From Bacteroidales bacterium UBA755 (GTDB taxonomy: Bacteria; Bacteroidota; Bacteroidia; Bacteroidales; UBA932): a DNA stretch of 64,000 bases. Location of the stretch: assembly GCA_002297815.1 (NCBI GenBank), contig DBKH01000101.1, positions 10,454 through 74,453 of the forward strand, given 5' to 3'. Each line of letters begins with the position of its first letter. Position 1 is the stretch's first letter. The notes beneath the pieces are model-generated. The model was not told the origin of the DNA. It saw nothing but the letters and a program-made list of their open reading frames with translations, and did no database searches. The position numbers and the translations under genes are program-made. Of this stretch, positions 9,946 through 18,492 are shown piece after piece.

Positions 9946-10014
9946 ATGTAAATCCGTGAAGCCGCATTGTCTTCAAAAGGATCAAAGCGACTTCCAATGT
10001 AATTCATTAATATT

Positions 10015-11322
10015 ATGAAACAACTAGACGTAAATCTGATGCATCCAGCCGAGCAAATTGCTATCATCATCGGCAGGATCTATCGCAGTGAGATGACCAC
10101 TACCTCCGGTGGAAATCTGTCCATCATGGACGACAACGGAGACATGTGGATCACTCCGGCAGCGATTGACAAGGGCTCCCTTACTCCAGCGGACATCATG
10201 TGCGTGAAGGCTGACGGAACCATCGTAGGCCCTCACAGACCATCTTCCGAGTATCCGTTCCACAAGGCCATCTACAAGATGAACCCGCATATTCATTCAG
10301 TCATCCACGCCCATCCTCCAGGATTGGTGACATTCAGCATGGTTCATCAGGTTCCGGACACGAGCATTATTCCGCAAGCGCGCGCAACGTGTGGCCCTGT
10401 TGGATTCGCTGAATATGCTCTCCCTGGAAGCGAGCTTCTGGGAAAGAAGATTGTGGCCGAGTTCAAGAAGAACCCTGACTACAAGGCCGTAATCATGGAA
10501 AACCACGGTGTCGTAGTTGCCGGTGAGGACATCGCTGATGCCTACCAACGGTTCGAAACCCTTGAACTTTGCGCTCGCACAATTCTGAACGCAAAGACTT
10601 TGGGCGAGCCGAAGTACCTCAGCGAGGATCAAATACTCCAGCACGAGAAGGCTGTAAACGTGCCGTTCCAACATTTCATGAATGTCACCCATCCTTCTGA
10701 TGAGAGGGCTATCCGTGCGGAGATCTGCAAAATTGTCCGCAGAGCATGCTCGCAGGGGCTCATGTGCAGTTCATACGGTACGGCTTCAGTGCGATGGAAA
10801 GGCAATGACTTCCTCATCACCCCGTCCAGCATGCAGCGTTGGGATCTTGAGCCGGAGGACATTGTCCAGGTAAAGGACGGAATGGTTGAGGCTGGAAAGA
10901 ACGCAAGCCGTTCGGTAGCGCTCCACTACGAAATCTACCGTCGCAACCCGAAGGTCAACTCAATCATCCTCACTCAGTCCCCTGCCCTAATGGGATTCTG
11001 CACGACCGGTGTAAAATTCGATGTGCGCACGATTCCAGAGAGTTGGATATTCCTACAGGACATCCCGACATTCCCGTTCGGAAGCCAGTACAACGAGCAT
11101 CTGACAGAACTCGCTGACGAATTCAAACACAGGCCGTTCGTGATGCTGGAGAACGATTCCGTTGTTGTGACAGGAGACCAGCTAATCAACACGTTCGACC
11201 GTCTTGAAGTGGCCGATTTCAGTGCCCGCTCGCTAATCCTTGCCGCTCCGCTTGGCAAGCTGAACCCGATTACCGATGAGGAGATCGAGGAGCTCCGCGT
11301 GGCGTTCCACGTGGGTGAATAG
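10015..11322 (+). CDS. Class II aldolase/adducin family protein with two tandem domains
   Basis: Domain 1 SGGNLS..PSSEYPFH..HAHP..ENHG. Domain 2 is paralogous (SYGTAS..ITPS..ENDS). Confidence 0.88.
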   Translation: MKQLDVNLMHPAEQIAIIIGRIYRSEMTTTSGGNLSIMDDNGDMWITPAAIDKGSLTPADIMCVKADGTIVGPHRPSSEYPFHKAIYKMNPHIHSVIHAHPPGLVTFSMVHQVPDTSIIPQARATCGPVGFAEYALPGSELLGKKIVAEFKKNPDYKAVIMENHGVVVAGEDIADAYQRFETLELCARTILNAKTLGEPKYLSEDQILQHEKAVNVPFQHFMNVTHPSDERAIRAEICKIVRRACSQGLMCSSYGTASVRWKGNDFLITPSSMQRWDLEPEDIVQVKDGMVEAGKNASRSVALHYEIYRRNPKVNSIILTQSPALMGFCTTGVKFDVRTIPESWIFLQDIPTFPFGSQYNEHLTELADEFKHRPFVMLENDSVVVTGDQLINTFDRLEVADFSARSLILAAPLGKLNPITDEEIEELRVAFHVGE

Positions 11323-11324
11323 TT

Positions 11325-11421
11325 GAAGCAGGCATATACTGCCTCCGGTGGTCCTCCCCACTTCGTGGGTCCCCTCCCTCTTCGGGAGCCAAAGCCACCT
11401 ACGGCAGTATATGTCTGCTTT
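11325..11421. repeat. Branched hairpin (long stem with two small internal hairpins)
   Basis: gaagcaggcatatactgcc/ggcagtatatgtctgcttt encloses cccac-ttc-gtggg and ctccc-tcttc-gggag. Confidence 0.75.
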
Positions 11422-11451
11422 AGCCAAAGTATAACTGTAAAACAACTGCCA

Positions 11452-11471
11452 CTTCGACAAGCTCAGTGACC
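11452..11471. repeat. Family C REP-like unit
   Basis: cttcgacaagctcagtgacc, identical to 8654-8673. Confidence 0.85.
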
Positions 11472-11490
11472 GGTGAAGTTTAAGAGTTTG

Positions 11491-11554
11491 AATAGAATAA
11501 ACTCCCTCCCGAATTTTGGTAACGTGCAAAATTCGGGAGGGAGTTTATTTTATT
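11491..11554. repeat. Family B palindrome, probably also a bidirectional terminator
   Basis: 28-bp arms around the loop gtaacgtg. The core gaattttggtaacgtgcaaaattc is shared with 49335 and 54498; it lies between convergent genes. Confidence 0.85.
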
Positions 11555-11564
11555 GTATCAAACC

Positions 11565-12842
11565 TTATTCTCCAGCGATGATCTTGGCGTCCTCCTTACG
11601 GTCGATTCCGACACGCTTCTCGAAGCGTTCACGCCTTTCGAGGAGGGCTTCCTTGTGGCGGATAACCCAATTCTCTAGGTAGATGGCCGCACAGGAGAGG
11701 AAGAAGTAGATGATCGTCTGAAGGATCATCGCCTTCATCTGCACATCAGCGGCTCCCATGTCTCCACCAGCGGTGCTGAGGTTGATGAAGCCCTGCGCTC
11801 CGAATGTGGACGGGAATATGTAGGAGAACCATTTCCAAAACTCAGGGAATGCGATTGTCGGCCAAGAGCAGCCAGTCAGGAACAGAGCCACCGGAGACAT
11901 CGCGAGGAAAAGCACGAAAACGGACTCTCTTCTTGTGATCAGCGTGCTCCATGTCATACTGAAGAACACACAGTCCGTGATGAAAAACACCAGCAGTGCC
12001 AGCACGTCATGGAACTCTCCCCTTTGAGGGATTCCGAATATGGCAGGCACGATGAACGCGATGTACATCCCGACGGCAAGGTACAGAAGCCAGTAGGCTC
12101 CTCCACGCCCCAGAACCACTCGCCCGACACCGTGACCTTCAAGTTTGTCAGGAAGCGAAGCGAAGCTGCGGTTCCTCTCCCTGGCGGTTCCGACCAGCAG
12201 TGACATTCCATAGAACAACGTCTGCTGGATGATGATCATCAGGATGGCCGAAATCAGGAAGAAACTGTAGTTGAAGGCCCTGTTGTACGGGTTGTTGTCC
12301 TCGTACCCAAGCGGCTTCACAGTCTGTGAGATCTGCTGTTCCGACATGCCGGCTGACGCAAACCTCTGCATCTGGATCTGCCCGACCTCGTGCAGCATCA
12401 CGAAGTTAGTGGCCATCAAGGCGTTCTTGTAGTACAGAAAACTGCTCATGTCCGCATAGACGGAGAATGTTGCAGTCTCATTTCTCGCAAGTTTCTCGGT
12501 GAAATCAGAAGGGAAATAGATGATGCCGTTGACCTTGCGTTCCTGCATCATCTTTTCCGCCTCGGCCATATTCACACACCTAGCTGCAATTTCCACCTCT
12601 CTGGTTGCGTCAATTTCCCTTATGAAACGATGGCTGTCCGGGCTGTCGCAATTGTCAACAACCGCGACCGGAGTGTCCGAAAGAATACCGTTCAGATAGA
12701 CGACATTGTACAACAGCGGATAGGCTAGTCCCGCCACAAGGAAAATCAGCAAGACTCCACTATCTGAGAAAATCTGTCGAAATTCATGGCAGAATATGCC
12801 CCAGAAGTCCTTGATCCATGTTTTTAAGTATGAATATTTCAT
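11565..12842 (-). CDS. ABC-2 type transporter permease
   Basis: N-terminal TM, periplasmic PVAVVD domain and a C-terminal TM bundle with GCSWP. Confidence 0.88.
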   Translation of the reverse strand: MKYSYLKTWIKDFWGIFCHEFRQIFSDSGVLLIFLVAGLAYPLLYNVVYLNGILSDTPVAVVDNCDSPDSHRFIREIDATREVEIAARCVNMAEAEKMMQERKVNGIIYFPSDFTEKLARNETATFSVYADMSSFLYYKNALMATNFVMLHEVGQIQMQRFASAGMSEQQISQTVKPLGYEDNNPYNRAFNYSFFLISAILMIIIQQTLFYGMSLLVGTARERNRSFASLPDKLEGHGVGRVVLGRGGAYWLLYLAVGMYIAFIVPAIFGIPQRGEFHDVLALLVFFITDCVFFSMTWSTLITRRESVFVLFLAMSPVALFLTGCSWPTIAFPEFWKWFSYIFPSTFGAQGFINLSTAGGDMGAADVQMKAMILQTIIYFFLSCAAIYLENWVIRHKEALLERRERFEKRVGIDRKEDAKIIAGE

Positions 12843-12847
12843 GTCAC

Positions 12848-14020
12848 TTAGTCTTTAGGGAAGTTCTGATGAATGTAAGCCCTCTTAAGTCGTGTCAACC
12901 CGATGAGAGGCACGAGGATGAACAGAAGCAGATATATCGCCTGCTTCCACCATCCAGCAAACCCTGCTCCGAAAAAGGCCTCCTGAACATAGAATTCATA
13001 GTAATGCCTCAACGGGAACGCAGCGGCTAACCCCTGAATGTAAGGTGGCATCGCCTCGATCGGAAGGGTAAAGCCTGAAAGCGAGAATCCAAGCACACTG
13101 TAAAGGGCTCCGATACTCAACGCCAGCCTAGGCACCGGGAGCATCTCGATGATGAAGATAGCGATTGCTTCACTTGCGAAAATCATCAGGAATATTCCCA
13201 AGAACATGTTCCAGATCGATCCGGCCAACGGGAAGTGCAACTGATGGTACAGCAACAGGATAAGGATCAATCCTATCGCAGAAAAAGTCAGTGTCCAAAC
13301 CAGCAGCTTGCCGGCAAGGGCCGTCACGATGGAGTTGCCCGAAGTCTGAAGCAGGTGACGGGACGTACCGTACTTAAGCTCTGCACCCAATGAATATATC
13401 AGGACAATTATCACTATCATCTCCAGCACTCCCGGCAGCAGGACACTGCTCAGGTAATAGCTGTAGTTGGTCGTGGTGTTGCCGATCTGATGCAAATCCA
13501 CATTGACAGGCTGGATCATGCCCATGATCTGGCTGTCATTGTAACCCCTAGCCCTGAACGCCTCTCTCTGCACGGCTCCGTTGGTCAGGTTGACCATCGT
13601 GAGCAGATCCTTCCATGCCAACGCTCCGCTGACGAAGTACAATCCGTTGACATAGAACGTGATCTTCGGCTGTCTGTTTGCCTGAATGTCATCATTCATC
13701 CCAACCGGAACGACACACACAGCTGCAATCTTGCCTCTGTTCATGTCCTCTCTTGCAGCAGCGAACGAATCGTAGTGGATGACCTTACCTAACTGGGTCG
13801 CATCCAACTGCTGGCAGAAATTCCGTGAGGTTGAAGAATAATCATAATCCACGAGACCGACCGGAACATCACTAGGCAGGCCAGCCTTCAGAAATGTCAG
13901 AAAGAATATGGCGCAGAACGCGATCACGCCTACCGAACCCAGAAGATAGAGCGGACGCTGCCGGATTATCCTGAGTTCGCGGCGCGCGACCGCAATGATT
14001 CTCTGCCAATTGTTGTTCAT
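12848..14020 (-). CDS. ABC-2 type transporter permease
   Basis: ARRELR, PVGLVD and SGFTLPIEAMP; paralogous to its neighbour. Confidence 0.88.
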   Translation of the reverse strand: MNNNWQRIIAVARRELRIIRQRPLYLLGSVGVIAFCAIFFLTFLKAGLPSDVPVGLVDYDYSSTSRNFCQQLDATQLGKVIHYDSFAAAREDMNRGKIAAVCVVPVGMNDDIQANRQPKITFYVNGLYFVSGALAWKDLLTMVNLTNGAVQREAFRARGYNDSQIMGMIQPVNVDLHQIGNTTTNYSYYLSSVLLPGVLEMIVIIVLIYSLGAELKYGTSRHLLQTSGNSIVTALAGKLLVWTLTFSAIGLILILLLYHQLHFPLAGSIWNMFLGIFLMIFASEAIAIFIIEMLPVPRLALSIGALYSVLGFSLSGFTLPIEAMPPYIQGLAAAFPLRHYYEFYVQEAFFGAGFAGWWKQAIYLLLFILVPLIGLTRLKRAYIHQNFPKD

Positions 14021-14027
14021 GATTCCC

Positions 14028-15023
14028 TTATTTTACGATGGCGGACATACCAGGACGGATTCCATCAACCTTCACATCAGGAACAGCCCTTACCTCGAAA
14101 GTCTTGGCATCGTACATACCAGTCTCTTTTGTTGCCTTCCATGTGGCGTAAGACTCACGGACAGCCACATAGTTGACAGTGGCCGGAACCTCCTTTCCGT
14201 CAAGTGCCGGAATGATCACTGTGATCTTGTCACCCTGCTTCATGCCGTGGAGATAGTCCTCACGGACATTGAACGTGAACCAAATATCGTTCAGATCCGT
14301 CACGCTGGCAACAGGAGCACCTTGACCAACAAGTTCTCCCACCTTAGGGAACACAGCAGAAATGATTCCGTCTGACGGAGATGTCAAGTACAACTCTCCT
14401 AAATAAGACTCAACCTCCATCAAAGCACCGTTAGCCTGGTCAACAAGTGCCTGAGCGGCAGCTTTATCCTCTGCACGTGCTCCGTTCACGGCCATGTCGT
14501 ACTGACTCTTTGCGGCTTTAGTCTGAGCAACAGCAGCATCGAACTTTGCCTTGACCTCATCGTACTTCTGAGCAGCGATGACCTTCTGGTCGTAAAGTTT
14601 CTGGATTCTCTCGAAAGACTTCTTCATCACGTCTTCCTGAACAAGAGCTGTCTGATAAAGCTCGTAGGCTCCAGCTATCTGTTCTTTGCGAGCGCCATTC
14701 TGAGCTTTCCTGTTCTGTGCACTGACAGCTGCCTTCACAGCATTTGCCTGAGCTAGTTTTGCACGTACCTCCGGAGAATCAATGAACGCAACCGTGTCTC
14801 CCTTATGAACCATCTGGCCTTCCTTGACATACATCTCCTCGATTCTGCCAGGGACCTTGCCGGAGACCCTATATTCACTAGCCTCGGCTTCACCTTGAAT
14901 TACCAATGGCTTTGGTTTTGAAACGAAATAGCCGATGACAGCGATCAGAAGAATGATCACAATAAGCGCCACAATGCCAATCACCAGATTGTAGCTTTTC
15001 TTTTCCTTTTCCATAATATTCAT
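14028..15023 (-). CDS. HlyD family periplasmic adaptor
   Basis: N-terminal TM, lipoyl-like VKEGQMVHKGD, coiled coil and GIRPGMS. Confidence 0.92.
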   Translation of the reverse strand: MNIMEKEKKSYNLVIGIVALIVIILLIAVIGYFVSKPKPLVIQGEAEASEYRVSGKVPGRIEEMYVKEGQMVHKGDTVAFIDSPEVRAKLAQANAVKAAVSAQNRKAQNGARKEQIAGAYELYQTALVQEDVMKKSFERIQKLYDQKVIAAQKYDEVKAKFDAAVAQTKAAKSQYDMAVNGARAEDKAAAQALVDQANGALMEVESYLGELYLTSPSDGIISAVFPKVGELVGQGAPVASVTDLNDIWFTFNVREDYLHGMKQGDKITVIIPALDGKEVPATVNYVAVRESYATWKATKETGMYDAKTFEVRAVPDVKVDGIRPGMSAIVK

Positions 15024-15040
15024 TAATTTTTATTATTTAC

Positions 15041-16567
15041 TTATTTTGTCTGCGCGTGGTTGTTGCCTTCCGCCTTGTTTAGATTAGCGGCTAGCATCTG
15101 AAGCTCGATTCCCGCGTCAATATATTCAGAATGAGCCTTGAGCCATGCGGTCTGAGCGGCGAGTGCGATGTTGGTTTCAATCACGCCTTCTTCAAACCCG
15201 ACCGTTGCTGTGCGGAGATTCTCCTCTGCGCTAGCCAAATTGTTCTGAGCCATGGTCAACTTTTCAAAAGCCTCGCCTTCCTGCTTGCGGAGCTGAGTCA
15301 CCTGAAGGTTGATCAGATTCTTGGCATCTTCGAGTTGAGTTCTGTAGAGAGTCGCTTCTGCCTTTGCCTTGCGGGTCTTGCTCAAAGCCTCAAAACCGTG
15401 GAACAGAGGGATGTTCACCATGACCCCGGCATTGAAGAATCCACCCCAATCTTTCTGGAAGCCGTTTTTCAAGTTTGGATTGGTGACAGAATAGCCTGCC
15501 ATCAACGCAATCTTTGGCATCATGTCAGCCCTTGCGACACGAACCTTACCGTCATAAATCTTGGATGCAAGTTCAAGACTTCTGGTCTCCGGCCTATCCT
15601 CATAGATTTGATCAAGTGCTTTTTCAGAATTCATCTGCGGAACTGGAATGTCTGAAAGTGTCTCATCCGCAAGAACTATCTCAGAGTTGAGATCCATCCC
15701 TATTTGCTTACAAAGAAGCATCTTGGCCAAAGTCAATCCATTGTCAGACTTTGTCTTTAACATGTCAGCCTCATTGGCCTTCACTTTAATCTGAAGAGCA
15801 TCAGACTCCGTGGCAACTCCTTCTTTAACAGAAAGTTCCACATCGTGTTCCATCTTGTGGAGCAGGTCAGCGTAAGCATCAGCAAGCTTCTTCTTGTTCG
15901 CGATAGAAACAATCTGCCAATATGCCTGATCGACATCCACAATCACCTGCTGGTACTGCTGGTCGTACTGAGTTTTAGACAACTCTTCTGCCAATTTGGC
16001 AATGTGATTGGCAGCAACAATCTTTCCTCCCATAAAAACAGGTTGCTGAACCGTCACAGCTCCTGCGAATACGTTATGAAGATCTGGATGGAATGCATCA
16101 TCAATCTCTTTTCCCAAAGCGTTAATTGTCTGAGACATATCTGTCTGAGACAACGCCCCCATGACTGTCTGCCACATTGGGCTGTTCATGTACTCAAGTG
16201 CCGCAGCAGGATTGGATTTGATTGCAGTCATCAGATTCTGAGCAAAATCCTGAGCTTGAGAATGAATCAGCGTACCCATGTTTTGAAGCTTTTGTGATGT
16301 TGCATCACTGACAAGGGCGATGTCATTCGCATTATAGACGTAAGCACCTGTGGCTGAGACATTAGGAAGATAGTTAGCAAATGCAATCTTTCGATCGTAA
16401 CCAGCCATTTCAATCTTAGTCTCGGCCTGTTTTAGGGTCTTGTTGTTCTCAATCGCCATTTCGCGGCATTGCTCCAACGTTAGTGTCTGTTGGGCATTCA
16501 TCAGCATTGGTACAAAAGCCAAAGTGATGAACGTTGAGATTGTGACAATGTACTTTTTCATATTCAT
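15041..16567 (-). CDS. TolC family outer membrane channel
   Basis: Signal peptide, LTLEQC..A..NN, QPVFMGGK and IPLFHG. Confidence 0.92.
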   Translation of the reverse strand: MNMKKYIVTISTFITLAFVPMLMNAQQTLTLEQCREMAIENNKTLKQAETKIEMAGYDRKIAFANYLPNVSATGAYVYNANDIALVSDATSQKLQNMGTLIHSQAQDFAQNLMTAIKSNPAAALEYMNSPMWQTVMGALSQTDMSQTINALGKEIDDAFHPDLHNVFAGAVTVQQPVFMGGKIVAANHIAKLAEELSKTQYDQQYQQVIVDVDQAYWQIVSIANKKKLADAYADLLHKMEHDVELSVKEGVATESDALQIKVKANEADMLKTKSDNGLTLAKMLLCKQIGMDLNSEIVLADETLSDIPVPQMNSEKALDQIYEDRPETRSLELASKIYDGKVRVARADMMPKIALMAGYSVTNPNLKNGFQKDWGGFFNAGVMVNIPLFHGFEALSKTRKAKAEATLYRTQLEDAKNLINLQVTQLRKQEGEAFEKLTMAQNNLASAEENLRTATVGFEEGVIETNIALAAQTAWLKAHSEYIDAGIELQMLAANLNKAEGNNHAQTK

Positions 16568-16745
16568 TTATTCTTGTTTTTCTTGTTGTGTCAAGCGCTA
16601 GGCTTCCCTACAAAATAATTGCCAAATTACACCATTAGCACGAACAATAGGATTCAATGATTGTCAAAAGGTAGAATATTGCGAATTTTTGCAATAACGC
16701 AAATTATTCTTAAATTTGCATGCGAACACTAAAAGCATTTACAGC

Positions 16746-17660
16746 ATGCCAGATTCTTTATTAAATATAGGTCTCCGACAAATCCGAAAACTCGTCCCTG
16801 TACAGAACGAAATTCAACTGGGAGACGACTTCTTCATCATGGATGTGAAGTACAGCGACAATCTGCAATTTTTGAAATATCCTTGCCGCAGCGATGCCTA
16901 CATTGCTATTTTCTGCAAATCCGGAGGGTTGAATATTGAGGTAAATCTTCGATCATATTCAATTACCAAGGGGATGCTGTTCGTAGGCACTCCTGGGAAC
17001 ATAATAAAGATTAACAAGTCGGAACAAGATGAGAACATTGCGTTCGAGTTCATAGTCGTTGCAATTTCTAAGGAGTATCTTTCAAGCATAAGTTTCGACT
17101 TTAAGAAAATTTTTGATGACCGGTTGAAGCTCCTCACCGAGCCATGCGTCGAGCTGGAAGATAGAAACATTGCTTTCTGCTCCAAGTATTTAGACCTTAT
17201 CGGTGAAATTCTATCCTCAGCGGTTCCAAACAAAAGAGACGCGGTCAGTTCTTTGATAGCTTCTCTGTTTTACGTACTCGGAGGTTTAATGGAAAAGAGC
17301 GCGGTTAGGGCTCCAGAACTTCCAGGAGGGATGGTCAACACAAGGGTAAAGTTGATTTTCGAGCATTTTATGGCGCTTGTAACGGAACACCATACGTCAG
17401 AACGCAACATGGCTTTCTATGCCAGTCATTTGGGACTTACGCCAAAGTACCTCTCTAAACTCATCAAGCAGGTCAGCGGAAGGTCTGCTCCTGACTGGAT
17501 CGACTCATTTGTCATTCTTGAGGCTAAGAATATGTTGAAGTACACTGATGACAGCATCAAGGAGATTGTTTTCAAGCTACATTTTCCCAACCCATCCGTG
17601 TTCTACAAATTTTTCAAGGCTCACACGGGAATGACTCCTAGTGAATATAGAAACGAGTAG
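16746..17660 (+). CDS. AraC family transcriptional regulator
   Basis: C-terminal FYASHLGLTPKYLS..FYKFFKAHTGMTPSEYR; divergent from the efflux operon. Confidence 0.93.
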   Translation: MPDSLLNIGLRQIRKLVPVQNEIQLGDDFFIMDVKYSDNLQFLKYPCRSDAYIAIFCKSGGLNIEVNLRSYSITKGMLFVGTPGNIIKINKSEQDENIAFEFIVVAISKEYLSSISFDFKKIFDDRLKLLTEPCVELEDRNIAFCSKYLDLIGEILSSAVPNKRDAVSSLIASLFYVLGGLMEKSAVRAPELPGGMVNTRVKLIFEHFMALVTEHHTSERNMAFYASHLGLTPKYLSKLIKQVSGRSAPDWIDSFVILEAKNMLKYTDDSIKEIVFKLHFPNPSVFYKFFKAHTGMTPSEYRNE

Positions 17661-17739
17661 TTCACGATAATCTGTAAGTAAAAGAAATGCATTTGTGAAC
17701 GATTGTTGCAAAAATCGTTTTAAAAAATTAACAAAAAGC

Positions 17740-17770
17740 TTTGCAGATTCAATAAATCTTAATACCTTTG
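17740..17770 (+). promoter_or_regulatory. Bacteroidetes housekeeping promoter
   Basis: TTTG-N19-TACCTTTG matches the -33/-7 consensus. Confidence 0.75.
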
Positions 17771-17775
17771 TCATC

Positions 17776-17869
17776 GGACAGACAAAAGTTCTTTTTGTTG
17801 TCTATTTGTTAAGTTCGTTTTATATACAACAGGCCGTCTCTTTGGGGAAAGAGGCGGCCTATTTAGTTT
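17776..17869 (+). ncRNA. Candidate small RNA of about 95 nt
   Basis: Consensus promoter, 5' hairpin, no ATG, and terminator aggccgtctcttt-gggg-aaagaggcggcct-atttagttt. Confidence 0.5.
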
Positions 17870-17930
17870 GCTTGAGCCCGCTGCGCGGCAACGCGCCTTG
17901 AATTGGAACTTTTCCAATAAGGTAGCACCG

Positions 17931-18211
17931 TTGCTTGGAGGACATGGCGGCCTACGCGCTTCGCGCGCCCTATCCGGGTAAAGGGCCGCCATGTCCTCCA
18001 AGCAATGGTGCCAACGCAAGGTAAATCATTGTCTAATTCATTTTCATAAGAATTAATATCCCACTCTCTATGTCTAAACGCAATACGCTCAGCGTCAACG
18101 GGTGACAGATAACGCATTAATTATCATATGGTTAGCACCTTGTCTTAAGTGTTAAACAGCTAAAGACAAGTAGTTAAACTACTCATTAATAATAATTTAC
18201 AAATTACATCC
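17931..18211. repeat. Family A repeat element, copy 3
   Basis: Stem ttgcttggaggacatggcggcc/ggccgccatgtcctccaagcaa; tail homologous to copy 2. Confidence 0.9.
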
Positions 18212-18284
18212 ATAAATCCCAACTTGATTCCAAGCCACATCAAAAGTAAGCGTCACCGCGAGTTCAAGTCGGGGAAATAACAAT

Positions 18285-18311
18285 AAAGCCATCCGGAATC
18301 CGGATGGCTTT
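18285..18311 (-). terminator. Terminator of tRNA-Gly
   Basis: Palindrome aaagccatccgga-a-tccggatggcttt directly after the tRNA 3' end. Confidence 0.75.
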
Positions 18312-18387
<76 letters not shown>

Positions 18388-18492
18388 AGACTTGTTACCC
18401 GCAGCATTGCTTTGGGATTACAAAGGTAGTGCTTTTTTCTTTTTTCGCAAATTTTTTCTGCAAAAAAGTTGCGAAAATTTTAAAGAAAAGCC

